Below are positions 9,107 through 18,780 of a stretch of DNA of 47,547 nucleotides, piece after piece (position 1 is the stretch's first letter; each line of letters opens with the position of its first letter). The notes below the pieces were generated by a model. The model saw only the letters and a list, made by a program, of their open reading frames with translations, was not told where the DNA came from and ran no database searches. The position numbers and the translations under genes are program-made. The DNA lies in NCBI GenBank assembly GCA_027310535.1, contig DAIDAQ010000007.1, positions 1 to 47,547 of the forward strand, in the 5' to 3' direction. This DNA comes from Candidatus Micrarchaeaceae archaeon (lineage in GTDB: Archaea; Micrarchaeota; Micrarchaeia; Micrarchaeales; Micrarchaeaceae).

Positions 9107-9628
9107 TCACTCCTTTATCGCATAGTAGATCCCGTCCTGGAATACCCGTATGTCCCTTTTCCTTATTTTTGTGGCGCTCCTTATGTTTGCTGCAGTTTGC
9201 GCGACATCATCAAGCGACGTCCCATAAATCCGCACGTTCTGGCCCTTGACCTCAACCTTGGTGTCGCCGACTATCCTCGCCTTCCTTACCGAGCGCTCGC
9301 CGAACATGTTCTTGATCAAGACCTCGCTGCCCTTCGCCTCCACTGTCATCGGGAAGTGTGCGAAGACGATACTCATCTGCTTCTCGAAATGCTTTGCAAC
9401 GCCGCTTACGTCATTCCTCAGCTCATTTGCAAATGCGTTGAGCGCCTTGGCTGCTTTTTTTGCAAGCGCCCCCTTGGCGATTGCAGTTACCTCTACGATA
9501 CCGTTATCCGTTTTGACTGCGAGGAGAACGCCGTTGAACTTCCTCGCGTTCTGGCCCAGGCTGCCGCTGACCTTTACCTCGCTGCCGTTCACCTCTGCCT
9601 TTACTCCCTGCGGAAGCTCGATCTTCAT
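9107..9628 (-). CDS. rpl6: 50S ribosomal protein L6 (uL6)
   Basis: VFAHFPM, NMFGER, VAQTAANI, DIRVFQDGIY; start moved to 9628. Confidence 0.94.
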   Translation of the reverse strand: MKIELPQGVKAEVNGSEVKVSGSLGQNARKFNGVLLAVKTDNGIVEVTAIAKGALAKKAAKALNAFANELRNDVSGVAKHFEKQMSIVFAHFPMTVEAKGSEVLIKNMFGERSVRKARIVGDTKVEVKGQNVRIYGTSLDDVAQTAANIRSATKIRKRDIRVFQDGIYYAIKE

Positions 9629-9635
9629 AGCATCA

Positions 9636-10019
9636 TCAATACACATAGGCGAGCAGCTTGCCGCCTATCCTCCTTTCCTTTACCTCCCTGCTGGTCAGCA
9701 CGCCCTGCGATGTGGATATAACCAACATGCCGAAATCCTTGCTAGGTATGTAACGCGACTCGTATTTCTGTATGTCTGAGCTGCCTATGCTGAACCTCGG
9801 TTTTATGACCCCTATGTCATTTATCTTCTTCGCTAGCGAGACGTGCAGCATCTTAGCATGCCTGACCGCGAACTCCTTGTAACCCCTGATGTAACCCTCC
9901 TTTTGCATCACAGCGAACACGGCTTTGGTAAGCTTTGTCGAATGCACTGTGCACTCTTCCCTGCCTATGAGCTCGTGCACCTTTATGATGTTTATTGAAT
10001 CAGCAAGCCTGTCTGTCAT
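9636..10019 (-). CDS. rps8: 30S ribosomal protein S8 (uS8)
   Basis: DRLADSIN.IK, GVIKPRF, YIPSKDFG.LVISTSQG, GGKLLAYVY; start moved to 10019. Confidence 0.94.
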   Translation of the reverse strand: MTDRLADSINIIKVHELIGREECTVHSTKLTKAVFAVMQKEGYIRGYKEFAVRHAKMLHVSLAKKINDIGVIKPRFSIGSSDIQKYESRYIPSKDFGMLVISTSQGVLTSREVKERRIGGKLLAYVY

Positions 10020-10023
10020 CTTA

Positions 10024-10182
10024 TCAACCATACTTCTTGAAACCACGTGAAGCAGCTACCTCGCGCAGGCACCTCCTGCAGATGTAGAGCTTGTGCGCCC
10101 GTATCAGGCCTCTGGGGGTCCCGCATATCCTGCATTTCCTGTGGCCCTTGCCCTTGAACTTGTCCTCTATTTTTACCTTCAT
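10024..10182 (-). CDS. rps14: 30S ribosomal protein S14 (uS14, Zn-binding), not in ORF track
   Basis: Manual translation MKVKIEDKFKGKGHRKCRICGTPRGLIRAHKLYICRRCLREVAASRGFKKYG*; expected position between L5 and S8. Confidence 0.95.
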   Translation of the reverse strand: MKVKIEDKFKGKGHRKCRICGTPRGLIRAHKLYICRRCLREVAASRGFKKYG

Positions 10183-10188
10183 CAAATA

Positions 10189-10707
10189 TCACTCGACTAT
10201 CTCTGTCTTGAGCTCTCTCTGCATGAACTCCTTTATCTCTTTAGGGCTCACCACTGCATGGTGCTTTGCCACCTTTCCACCCCTTATCTTCCTCCGTTCG
10301 ATGCACATTCCTGGCCTCTTGAACGAGAGGTTCACGTTCATCCCGAGCATGCCTATCTTTGGGTCGTACTTGACACCAGAGATATCTATATACTCCCTTA
10401 TGCCGAAGCTGGCAGTGTTGTTGCTTATCGAGCTCTCCTTCAGCCTGTTGTCCAAGGCGTCGAGCAGCCGCTTTGCGAGCTCCTTTGTTTCTTCCCTTAC
10501 TGTGACGAATGCACCGATCTTTGTCCCAGGAGATATCTTGAAAGCAGGGATCCTCTTCTTCGAGCGCTCGTCCATAGGTTTCCTCCCTGTTATCAGTTCG
10601 AGCAGCCGCTTTGCGCTCGCCTGCTTTGGGTCGTCGCTGCCGGTGCCTATGTTTATGACTACCTTGTCAAGTGCTATTTTCCTCATAGGGCTGGATGCCG
10701 TTTCCAT
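10189..10707 (-). CDS. rpl5: 50S ribosomal protein L5 (uL5)
   Basis: PMRKI.LDKVVINIG, FGIREYIDI.GVKYDPKIG. Confidence 0.95.
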   Translation of the reverse strand: METASSPMRKIALDKVVINIGTGSDDPKQASAKRLLELITGRKPMDERSKKRIPAFKISPGTKIGAFVTVREETKELAKRLLDALDNRLKESSISNNTASFGIREYIDISGVKYDPKIGMLGMNVNLSFKRPGMCIERRKIRGGKVAKHHAVVSPKEIKEFMQRELKTEIVE

Positions 10708-10711
10708 AAGC

Positions 10712-11383
10712 TCACTGTTCTGTCACCATGACATTTCTTATGATGGTCTCGAAGCTTCCACCCTGCGATTCCACTATGACGCTCTTGCTTGTGCGTGCCG
10801 TCCCATCTTTTACTTCTCTTATTGCCCCCTCTGCGCCAACGTTTACCCCTGCAATTACAAGGGCCCTGGCACCCTTTTCAAGCTTTATGACCTTCTTTAT
10901 TTTCCTGTCAGTGCCGAGCAAGACTGAATCATTAACCTTTCCGTCGCTGTTGCCCTCAACCGCGCTGCCGTCGTGGAGGCAGAACATAATCTTCCCCCCC
11001 CTGCTTTTGTATTTCCTGACGATGCTGTATACAAGGTCCGGATTTTCAATCTTTGTGAAAGTTGCCTTTGCGTTTTTGTTTATCCCTACCAGATAGCTTG
11101 AAGGACCGACGCCTATGATATCGCTGAGGCCGATGGGGTGCTTGTGGTCCCTGATCATCTTCCCGTTTACCTTTATCCTGCCGCTGTTGAGCACCTTCTT
11201 TGCGTCAGAAGTTGTCTGTACAAAATTCTCCTTTTTGAGGAAGAGTGCTATAGGCAGGCTTTTATCCATCGTGTGCCTGCCCGGCCTTGTTTTCATTACG
11301 TATTTGTTGGCCTTCCTGCCAGTGCCGAAGTAAATCGGCATCTCCAGCGACTTCATGTGCCTGTCATTGCCTTTTGACGCCAT
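10712..11383 (-). CDS. rps4e: 30S ribosomal protein S4e
   Basis: RHMKSL..P, PGRH, IKVNGK.IRDHKHPIGLSD, LHDG, AGVNVG. Confidence 0.92.
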   Translation of the reverse strand: MASKGNDRHMKSLEMPIYFGTGRKANKYVMKTRPGRHTMDKSLPIALFLKKENFVQTTSDAKKVLNSGRIKVNGKMIRDHKHPIGLSDIIGVGPSSYLVGINKNAKATFTKIENPDLVYSIVRKYKSRGGKIMFCLHDGSAVEGNSDGKVNDSVLLGTDRKIKKVIKLEKGARALVIAGVNVGAEGAIREVKDGTARTSKSVIVESQGGSFETIIRNVMVTEQ

Positions 11384-11390
11384 AGTATCA

Positions 11391-11780
11391 CTATTTTGCC
11401 TTGGGTTCGCCGGTGCCCTTCACCTTCAGCCTGGCCGCCCTTGCCTTGTCGGTGAAGTTGAGGTCCGTGATGTACACGTTGCTGCAGCTCAGCGGCACGC
11501 CGTATTCCTTGCCCCTTGCATTCTTCTTCTTGATGCTGTCTACATAAATCCTCCCAAGCCTCATGTTCACTGCCGTGACCTTGCCCACCTTTCCCCTATG
11601 TGCGCCCGCCATCACCTTGACGGAATCGCCCTCTGATATCTGGACAGCCCTCCTGTTTATCCCCAGCTTCTGTCTGAGCTGCCTGTCCATGTGCGCATGC
11701 ACGAAGTGCTGCCTGAGGTGCATCGGCGCGTTGAACCTAAAGAATCTCTGCCTTCTAGGTTTGCTGCTCTTTATCATCAT
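11391..11780 (-). CDS. rpl24: 50S ribosomal protein L24 (uL24)
   Basis: SSKPRRQR...NAPMH, GDSVKVMAG, SNV.ITDL. Confidence 0.94.
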   Translation of the reverse strand: MMIKSSKPRRQRFFRFNAPMHLRQHFVHAHMDRQLRQKLGINRRAVQISEGDSVKVMAGAHRGKVGKVTAVNMRLGRIYVDSIKKKNARGKEYGVPLSCSNVYITDLNFTDKARAARLKVKGTGEPKAK

Positions 11781-12175
11781 ACCACCCTTGAGGCTACGTT
11801 CGCTATCTTTGCGTACCTCGCGATTACCTCCCTGGCTATCGGTCCCTTCACAGAAGTCCCTATCGGCAGGTTCGTGTCATTGATCAGTATCGCCGCATTG
11901 TCCTCAAACTTGATGCGCATCCCGTCGGCCCTCCTAACTGGGACCTTCTGCCTTATAACCACGGCCCGCACCACCTTCTTAAGGTACTGTGGTGTTCCAC
12001 TCTTGACACTTGCGCTCACTATGTCACCAATCCCAGATTTTGAGTACCTTCCCTTGCTGCCCTGCTTCCCTATCTTGTTGATTATCATCAGCTTGTAGGC
12101 TCCGCTGTTGTCGGCGCATTCTAGCACGGTGCTCGGCACCAGTGTTTTTGGTATCTTTGTTGCTACCCCCTTCAT
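11777..12175 (-). CDS. rpl14: 50S ribosomal protein L14 (uL14)
   Basis: CADNSGA, AVVIRQK, RRADG..IKFEDNAAIL, GPIARE. Confidence 0.96.
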   Translation of the reverse strand: MKGVATKIPKTLVPSTVLECADNSGAYKLMIINKIGKQGSKGRYSKSGIGDIVSASVKSGTPQYLKKVVRAVVIRQKVPVRRADGMRIKFEDNAAILINDTNLPIGTSVKGPIAREVIARYAKIANVASRVV

Positions 12176-12468
12176 TGCCCCACACCCTTCAGCACCCTCG
12201 TGATGACGAACGATTTTGTCTTGCTAATCCTCCTTGTATTTGCGATCGTCACGAAGTCGCCCTGCTTTGCCTTTATGCAATCCGGATTGTGTGCAGGTAT
12301 CCTAGAAGTTTTCCTCAGCGAGCGCTCGTATTTCTGCAGGAATGTTGTGTACTCCCTCTCCACGATTGCGGTCTTCGCGGCTCTGTCGCTGACCACGACG
12401 CCGTTGAATTCATAGCCGTGCGTCTTCAGCTTCCCGTGAACCGGGCATTTGATGTCATTACACTCCAA
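12172..12468 (-). CDS. rps17: 30S ribosomal protein S17 (uS17)
   Basis: CND.KCPVHG, KYER, AHNPDC, ISKTKSFV. Confidence 0.94.
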   Translation of the reverse strand: MECNDIKCPVHGKLKTHGYEFNGVVVSDRAAKTAIVEREYTTFLQKYERSLRKTSRIPAHNPDCIKAKQGDFVTIANTRRISKTKSFVITRVLKGVGQ

Positions 12469-12502
12469 TTTACCACTTCAGATTGCGGCCAGGAACAGCC
12501 TG

Positions 12503-12793
12503 TCAGAGATGCCTCCTCCTATAATACTTCATACCCTTCTCTATCCTTTCGAAGGGGCGAAAAGCTATTTCATTGCCTGGAACTGTAAATACCTTTTTGT
12601 CAGCAATAAATTTAAATGTTGAGATTCGCTTCCCGATGCGCCTTGTCCCGCCATTTGTCATAACGACAAGCGTATTCTTGGTCTCGTCTATGACGGTTCC
12701 GCTAATCCCCCTCTGCGCCTTGTCCCTGCTGCCTGCTACCTTTACCTTGAGCCCAATAAGCTCGTGAAGCACTATGTTCTTGTTGTCGTACAC
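12503..12793 (-). CDS. rnp1: Ribonuclease P protein component 1 (Rpp29)
   Basis: HELIGLKVKV, G.VIDETKNTL, RPFER; conserved position upstream of S17. Confidence 0.9.
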   Translation of the reverse strand: MYDNKNIVLHELIGLKVKVAGSRDKAQRGISGTVIDETKNTLVVMTNGGTRRIGKRISTFKFIADKKVFTVPGNEIAFRPFERIEKGMKYYRRRHL

Positions 12794-12835
12794 ATTAGAG
12801 CTTTCACGAATAGATATTTATAGGCGGGGTGGCCG

Positions 12836-14056
12836 CTATTTCACGGTTATCCTGTCTGCTATATTCGTTATCCTGTCGATGTCGTAGTTGATGATGGTGC
12901 CGTAGTTGGTCTTTATCGCGATTATGCCGTTGCCAGGCAGAACCCTGACTATCTTCCCTATGTATGCCCCTATGTCGCTAATCACCACCTTGCCCTTCAT
13001 CCTTGAGCGCTTTATGGCAGACTTCCTTAGGTGCACGCTGAAAAGCGAGATGCCGTATCCTGCAACTATCGTTATTACGCTGTACAGGAAGAGCTCCCAA
13101 AGGTAGATCTGGCCTATGAACCACGCTGCAGTAAGATATAGCAGCACTATTCCCATTACCCCATAGCCGATATACGACCCCTCCCTTATAGCCCTGAATC
13201 TCAGCTTTCTGCTCTCAAGATCTACGATCCTGCCCGCTACATAGAGCGCGAGGCTGATCGGAAGTATGAGTATGAAGCCCTCGACGGCATACGAAGCTAT
13301 GCTGACAGGATCATTGGTTGTCTTCGACCCGTATGCGTACCCTCCATAGCCCACGACGATTGCTATGATAAAGAAGAGTATACTGCCTACATAGAAGATG
13401 AAGCTGAGCCGCTCGATGCTGAAGCCGAAGCCCCTGAAGCTGTAGCTTATCCTGTCCTCGAATCCCACCCCCTTCACGATCAGGTACAATCCTATCAGCG
13501 CGACAGGTGGCTGCCATCCGAGGTTTAAGTAATAGCTTGCCGCAAAGAGCAGCATTATCAGCGCAGGGACGCCGAACACGATCCTAGCGTAGTGCGGTTC
13601 CTTGAGCTTTTCCAGTATGGCAAAGTACGTGTTTTCGAGCTGTTCCGCCTGCTTCATCCGCACTATGTCCACGCTATTCACTTTTATCCTGTTCTTGAGC
13701 AGCGGCAGAACCCTTGAATCGCTCGCACCGTCTGTGACCAGGACGCACGCATCAACCTTGAATCTGTCTATTGTTATCTCAATCTGCCGTGCAAGCTCAG
13801 CGTCAGCGACATAGCCCTCTCTCTCCGCCCCCGTGAGGGTTGCAATCCGCACCCCATACCCTATTTTCTTAAGCTCATCGTATTTCCTGACCGCCTCGAA
13901 CATCGCGTTTGCGTCGGTATCCTGCGGGTCTCTTAGTGCAAGCGCCGAAGCGGCCTCCAAATTCTCCTCCCTTCCAAAAACAGGCCCTGTTATCTTGGCC
14001 TTGCGGTAGAGGTCATTGTCTATGTCCACCGCCAGAACCAAGATGCGCTCCTGCAT
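12836..14056 (-). CDS. DUF373 family membrane protein with C-terminal PRC-barrel-like domain
   Basis: LVLAVDIDNDL..K, P.DTDANAMF, VTDGASD, VRMKQ, FGVP, multiple TMs; C-terminal GKVVISDIGAYIGKI; start moved to 14056. Confidence 0.8.
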   Translation of the reverse strand: MQERILVLAVDIDNDLYRKAKITGPVFGREENLEAASALALRDPQDTDANAMFEAVRKYDELKKIGYGVRIATLTGAEREGYVADAELARQIEITIDRFKVDACVLVTDGASDSRVLPLLKNRIKVNSVDIVRMKQAEQLENTYFAILEKLKEPHYARIVFGVPALIMLLFAASYYLNLGWQPPVALIGLYLIVKGVGFEDRISYSFRGFGFSIERLSFIFYVGSILFFIIAIVVGYGGYAYGSKTTNDPVSIASYAVEGFILILPISLALYVAGRIVDLESRKLRFRAIREGSYIGYGVMGIVLLYLTAAWFIGQIYLWELFLYSVITIVAGYGISLFSVHLRKSAIKRSRMKGKVVISDIGAYIGKIVRVLPGNGIIAIKTNYGTIINYDIDRITNIADRITVK

Positions 14057-14175
14057 CAGACCACAGGAATAGTGCTCTGAGCAATAATAAAAGACTATCG
14101 ACATATCACGATGAAGCCAGTGCCATTTTGGAGTGCCGCCGAAAGCACTTTATATCTGAAAAGAAAATACCTCCT

Positions 14176-14847
14176 ATGAAGTCAAACATAGATGGTTGCA
14201 TGTCTAATAAGAGTTTACTACTTGATGCGGATTTTTATGTCACCCGTTCCGGCGAGCTGCTAAACCCGTTCAACATTGTCAAGACTCCGGGCCAGCTTAC
14301 GGTAAAATCAGAAAGCAAGATCTACAACCTCGGAGATTTTGCTACCATGACGGAAGCTGCGGCAGACCGCAAGTTCGTAAAGGAGATGTTTGATAACCAT
14401 TATGCGGTGCTGGTAGCACCTGAAAAAGGTCTGATATGGCCTGCTGGCCTGTACGAGATCGACTCAAACAGCAGCGGCGTCACATTCAGGGCGGTTGACC
14501 AATACGGGTTTAACACCCTATTCTTCCTCCAAAGGGCCGTTGTCACCCGCGACGGTGAAAAATTTGCAGCAAGCGGCAATCTGTTGCTGATGTACATCGG
14601 TGCGCCAAAGGACACCATCGCGACAAACACCTATTCAGTAATATTCTCAGGGATCGATCTGGGCATGATCTCAGGCGCCAAGGAGTCAAAGATACCAATA
14701 TATGCCGCGCTCCGAAATCCTTACACGCGCTCCGAGATTCCACCAATAAACAGGAGGGAATACATCGAGCTCGAGTTTCCAAGTGGGGAAAAGACTACAC
14801 TGGATGCGCCGAAAGGCACGGTTGTGAAAATCCTCAGGCGCATCTGA
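14176..14847 (+). CDS. Hypothetical protein
   Basis: Long ORF not overlapping other genes, preceded by a TTTATAT box (~14150); no recognised motif; start 14176 or 14200. Confidence 0.6.
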   Translation: MKSNIDGCMSNKSLLLDADFYVTRSGELLNPFNIVKTPGQLTVKSESKIYNLGDFATMTEAAADRKFVKEMFDNHYAVLVAPEKGLIWPAGLYEIDSNSSGVTFRAVDQYGFNTLFFLQRAVVTRDGEKFAASGNLLLMYIGAPKDTIATNTYSVIFSGIDLGMISGAKESKIPIYAALRNPYTRSEIPPINRREYIELEFPSGEKTTLDAPKGTVVKILRRI

Positions 14848-14867
14848 TCACTCCTTGTAAGTTTCGC

Positions 14868-15128
14868 TCAGCCGCTGTGTTCCCCCTCTCTCCTTATATC
14901 GGGTAACGGCACCTTGTGCTCGCGGTTGTACTTTATCCATTCATCAATCACGTTAACGATTCTGCCGATGTGTTTTGCCTCCTCCTTGGTGATCGGATCA
15001 CCGTTCCTGTTGTCGATTATGAAGCCAACAGTGGCAATGCGATCCGCAAGCGCCTTCATATCCCTCTTGTTTCCCCATCCTACTCCCTGCTGTTCAGGCC
15101 TCTTTCCATAAGAATTTTTGCTTTGCAT
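14868..15128 (-). CDS. Small hypothetical protein (86 aa)
   Basis: ATG preceded by GGTGA; plausible composition; no motif. Confidence 0.55.
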   Translation of the reverse strand: MQSKNSYGKRPEQQGVGWGNKRDMKALADRIATVGFIIDNRNGDPITKEEAKHIGRIVNVIDEWIKYNREHKVPLPDIRREGEHSG

Positions 15129-15307
15129 AAATCTTCACCGTTTTGCTTTTGGTTTCTTCTCTTTATTCAACCACATATATAGAGTTTTTGTCCAGTAGTT
15201 TGTATCTGCATCAGCAACTGACTTACTGTTTTATCTCGTAATTCCACTACTGCAATGAAGCGGAATGCTTAAAAGGATTTATAATGTTAGCTTAAACCAG
15301 CGATAGA

Positions 15308-15964
15308 GTGAAGAACCAAAAGACCAATATGGTCAATCCAGTCGTTGAAGCCTGCCTAAAGATGTGCTATAACCAGCCCGAGGGATGTCTTTTCGTCGTT
15401 GAGCTTGCAGGCACAAGGGGCTACTACATGCAGTCAAACATCCAGATCTTCAAGAAAAGCGGCAGGCGCCTCTCGGTACTTAACAAGGGCGATGCGGTCC
15501 TGATAAGGCGCCTCGCTGGGCTTGACGGTGCGATAATAGTTAGCAATAGGGGGGAGCTTATGCAGGTCGGCGCCACGCTCGTGCACTCTAAGAATTTTCT
15601 CAGCCATGGGAAGAGGCACGCGTTCGCCCTCGGCACGAGCGCCTACTCCCCAAACCTCGTCTGCCTTCTTGCAAGCGAGGAGGACAAGCACATTCGCACT
15701 TTCAGGGAAGGGTTCCTCGTAGCAAACATAAACTCAGAAACAAAGGTGCCTGTGACAACTAGAAGCAAGGTTGTTGAGCTGCTTACGTCGAGGATTACAA
15801 GCCTGGTGGTCGCCAGTGGGATAGCTGCTAGCCTTCTCACCGTTAACCCAATCCCTGCGATAGTTACGATAAGCGGCACACAAGTGATAACGTTTGAGGG
15901 ATTTGAAAGAGTAAGAGAGTTCTTCTTCGGACGTGCATCGCGTGCGCATAGTGCGCATGTGTAA
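15308..15964 (+). CDS. DisA_N / diadenylate-cyclase domain protein with hydrophobic C-terminus
   Basis: G.LFVV, RRLAGLDGAIIV, GATL, HGKRHAFA, ASEE...IR.F..G = DAC-fold motifs (DGA; RHA in place of RHR). Confidence 0.8.
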   Translation: MKNQKTNMVNPVVEACLKMCYNQPEGCLFVVELAGTRGYYMQSNIQIFKKSGRRLSVLNKGDAVLIRRLAGLDGAIIVSNRGELMQVGATLVHSKNFLSHGKRHAFALGTSAYSPNLVCLLASEEDKHIRTFREGFLVANINSETKVPVTTRSKVVELLTSRITSLVVASGIAASLLTVNPIPAIVTISGTQVITFEGFERVREFFFGRASRAHSAHV

Positions 15965-15970
15965 TTGTGC

Positions 15971-17233
15971 TCAGTACCAGCCCCTCACTTTCATCGCGCC
16001 TGCCACTCTCCTAAGTGCAATGATGTAGGCAGCCATCCTGAGGTTTACCTTTCTTCCGAGTCCTTTGTATGCCTTCTGTGCTGCAAGCACATCGCTGAAT
16101 GACCTTGTTATTATGGTATCAAGCTTCTTGTATACTTCCTCTTTTGTCCAGTAATACCCAGAGATGTTCTGCGCCCACTCAAAGTACGAGACGATCACTC
16201 CTCCAGAGTTTACGAGGAAATCAGGGAGATCAAGCACACCTCTTTCATGCAGTATCCTGTCTGCCTCTGGGGTCACCGGCCCGTTCGCGAGTTCGAGCAG
16301 CACTTTCGTGTTAATCTTGTCTGCATTCCTCTTTGTTATCTGGTTTTCTATAGCTGCAGGTATAAGCACGTCGACATCCAGCTCCAGTAGCTCGTCGTTT
16401 GTTATCCTCCTCGCGTCTTTGTAATACATCACACTACCGTGCTGCTTCGCTTCCTCAAGCTTCTTGTAGTCTAGGCCTTTCTCACTGTAGACACCTCCCT
16501 GCGAGTCGCTTATAGCCACGACCTTCGCCTTGAACATTTTTGTCACAAGGTCAAAGGCGAAGTTGCCTGCGTTGCCGAAGCCCTGTATAGCAACCTTTGC
16601 GTTTCTCAGGTTCAGCTTCTTCAGTTTCGCTGCTTCCCTCAACACGTACATTCCTCCAACCGCAGTGGAGTCGAACCTTCCCTGCGAGCCCCATAACTCA
16701 AGTGGTTTGCCAGTTATCATTCCAAACTCGTCGCGCCCGTGCATCTTACTATACTCATCAGCCATCCACGCCATCACCTGTGGGTTTGTGTAGACGTCTG
16801 GTGCAGGCACGTCGGTGAACGGGCCGACGAACTTTTCTATCGAGCGGATGTACTGGCGGGACAACCCCTCAAGCTCCTGCTCTGACAGCTTTTTTGTGTC
16901 CACAACAACACCACCCTTTGCGCCCCCAAAAGGTATATCAGCCAGTGCGCACTTCCATGTCATCCATGCAGACAGCGCCTTTACAGTGTCCACGCTCTCC
17001 TGCGGGTGAAACCTAATCCCGCCCTTGCCAGGCCCCCTTGCGTTGTTGTAGAGTATCCTGAACCCGGTGTAGGTGTTTGTGGAGCCATCCCTCATCCTGA
17101 CGGGGAAGTTAACCGTAACTGTCTGCATCGGCTCTCTGAGAATGGAATGTGCTTGCTTATCCAGTTTCATAATAGATGCAGCCTCATCGAGCTGCGCCTG
17201 TGCAATCTTAAACGGATTTAGCTCCTCTGTCAT
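15971..17233 (-). CDS. gdhA: Glutamate dehydrogenase (Glu/Leu/Phe/Val family)
   Basis: GPGKGGIRFHP, GGAKGG, DVPAPD, ITGKP, QGFGNAG, ANGP, GGVIVSYFEW; GGTGA SD before ATG 17233. Confidence 0.96.
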   Translation of the reverse strand: MTEELNPFKIAQAQLDEAASIMKLDKQAHSILREPMQTVTVNFPVRMRDGSTNTYTGFRILYNNARGPGKGGIRFHPQESVDTVKALSAWMTWKCALADIPFGGAKGGVVVDTKKLSEQELEGLSRQYIRSIEKFVGPFTDVPAPDVYTNPQVMAWMADEYSKMHGRDEFGMITGKPLELWGSQGRFDSTAVGGMYVLREAAKLKKLNLRNAKVAIQGFGNAGNFAFDLVTKMFKAKVVAISDSQGGVYSEKGLDYKKLEEAKQHGSVMYYKDARRITNDELLELDVDVLIPAAIENQITKRNADKINTKVLLELANGPVTPEADRILHERGVLDLPDFLVNSGGVIVSYFEWAQNISGYYWTKEEVYKKLDTIITRSFSDVLAAQKAYKGLGRKVNLRMAAYIIALRRVAGAMKVRGWY

Positions 17234-17300
17234 GTCACCACGACATGCACTCACTACTCAAGTATTTAAAACATTCATGAAGTTATAAAGTGGTGATATT

Positions 17301-17777
17301 ATGCGGATTTCCCTTCTTATGGTGATATCAGTCCTCTCCACGGTTGCCGTATTATATCTACTGTACTATCTACTAAATGTTGTGCGAGCTCCGCTCCCGA
17401 GATCGTTCACTGTTTCGGGCCGGACATTCAATTTCACTGCCTATGCAACCACGGAGCAGCAGCGCGAGCATGGACTTATGAACCAGTCAATCCAGAACGG
17501 CACATTCATGCTGTTCGTCTTCCCGAGCAAAGCAGTTTACAGCTTCTGGATGTACGATACCTACAACAGCCTCGATATCATTTGGTTGGACGGAAGCCTG
17601 CACGGCGACGCTACAGTGGTATACATTGCAAAAAACGCACTACCGTGTTCCTCGGCGCAGCAGCAGGATTGCACTGTTTACACTCCTAATGCAACTGCCA
17701 ACTATGTAATAGAAACTAGGGCAGGATTTGTTGCGCGATATGGATTAGTTACAGGAACGCCAATAAAATTTGGATGA
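17301..17777 (+). CDS. DUF192 family membrane-anchored protein
   Basis: N-terminal TM; REHGLM, MLFVF, FWMYDT..LDIIW, YVIET.AG. Confidence 0.88.
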   Translation: MRISLLMVISVLSTVAVLYLLYYLLNVVRAPLPRSFTVSGRTFNFTAYATTEQQREHGLMNQSIQNGTFMLFVFPSKAVYSFWMYDTYNSLDIIWLDGSLHGDATVVYIAKNALPCSSAQQQDCTVYTPNATANYVIETRAGFVARYGLVTGTPIKFG

Positions 17778-17779
17778 AC

Positions 17780-18139
17780 CTACCTAAGGCTGACGGGTTG
17801 CGCCTTTGTTTCCTCCTTTCCTGCTAACACTGCTGTATTATATGCCACAACCTCGGTCATGCTGTTCCCCAAATCTGAAGAGTCAAAACACATCGAAACC
17901 ACTGCGTTGACACACATCGACTTTGCATGCTCAATCAGCTGCTTATCGCATGTTCTCTTGCCTGGCTGAGCATCCTTGTATATACTCCCATCTCACCTCC
18001 GGCAAGGCTCTTGAGCCCAGCAACTATGTTGCTTCCAAGTCCCCCCTGCTTCTAACCACGACGCCGAAGCTTGGTCCAACGATCCTCTTTACCCTCATGC
18101 CTGGTATGTAATCAGTCGTTGCCACTATGATGTTTCCTT
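17780..18139 (-). pseudogene. ybjQ: YbjQ/UPF0145 family pseudogene (frameshifts; 5' end cut by IS)
   Basis: Manual reading: IIVATTDYIPGMRVKRIVGPSFGVVVRSRG / LGSNIVAGLKSLAGGEMGVYTRMLSQAREHA / LIEHAKSMCVNAVVSMCFDSSDLGNSMTEVVAYNTAV. Confidence 0.8.
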
Positions 18140-18145
18140 TTACCT

Positions 18146-18780
18146 GCTCTGTAGAAATCCTATAATCAATAAGTAATTGATGTACCTGTGTATGTTATAA
18201 ACAATATCAATGACTTTCATTTCCTTTCTCTGCATCCTTAATAGTTTACTTCTAAGTTCATCACCGAATTTTCTTTTCTGAACAGAATTTATTGTCTCAA
18301 TTTTGCTTCTCTGATGATAGTCCGAAGCAGGAAAGTTTCTACGCATTTTCCTTCGATAGGATCCCTTTGTCCTTGACAATGGTGCCATATCCCTGGGCGG
18401 TATTATCGATTTTGCACCTAATTTATGTGCAAATTTATGATTGTCTTCTGACTCAAATCCTTTATCTGCAGTAATATTGATGAGGTCACTACCTCTCTGG
18501 TCTTTTCAATAACAGGTTTGAATGTTTTATTTTCGTTGATATAAGGCCTTCTGTCTTCTGAAATAATTATTGTTTGTTTGTCTGTATCGACCGAAAGAAT
18601 ATGTTTCATAAACCGTTTTCTTCTCCTCGGAACCCTTATTCTGTTCTCATAATGTTGTGATGTATGATGCAATTTGTAGCCTGTCGAATCTATCGCAATG
18701 TTTGCGATAGTTGTCAAGAATAATTGATATGTTTTTGTCAACAAGAATTCCCAAATGTAAGGGGGTATCCTATCAAAGGG
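18146..18780 (-). mobile_element. Decayed IS5-superfamily element (DDE transposase pseudogene fragments 18418-18744 and 18140-18388)
   Basis: IAIDSTG, KHILSVDT, YHQRSKIETINSVQKRKFG...YN DDE motifs; visibly AT-rich; putative terminal IR GCTCTGTAGAAATCC at 18146-18160; 5' part missing. Confidence 0.8.
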
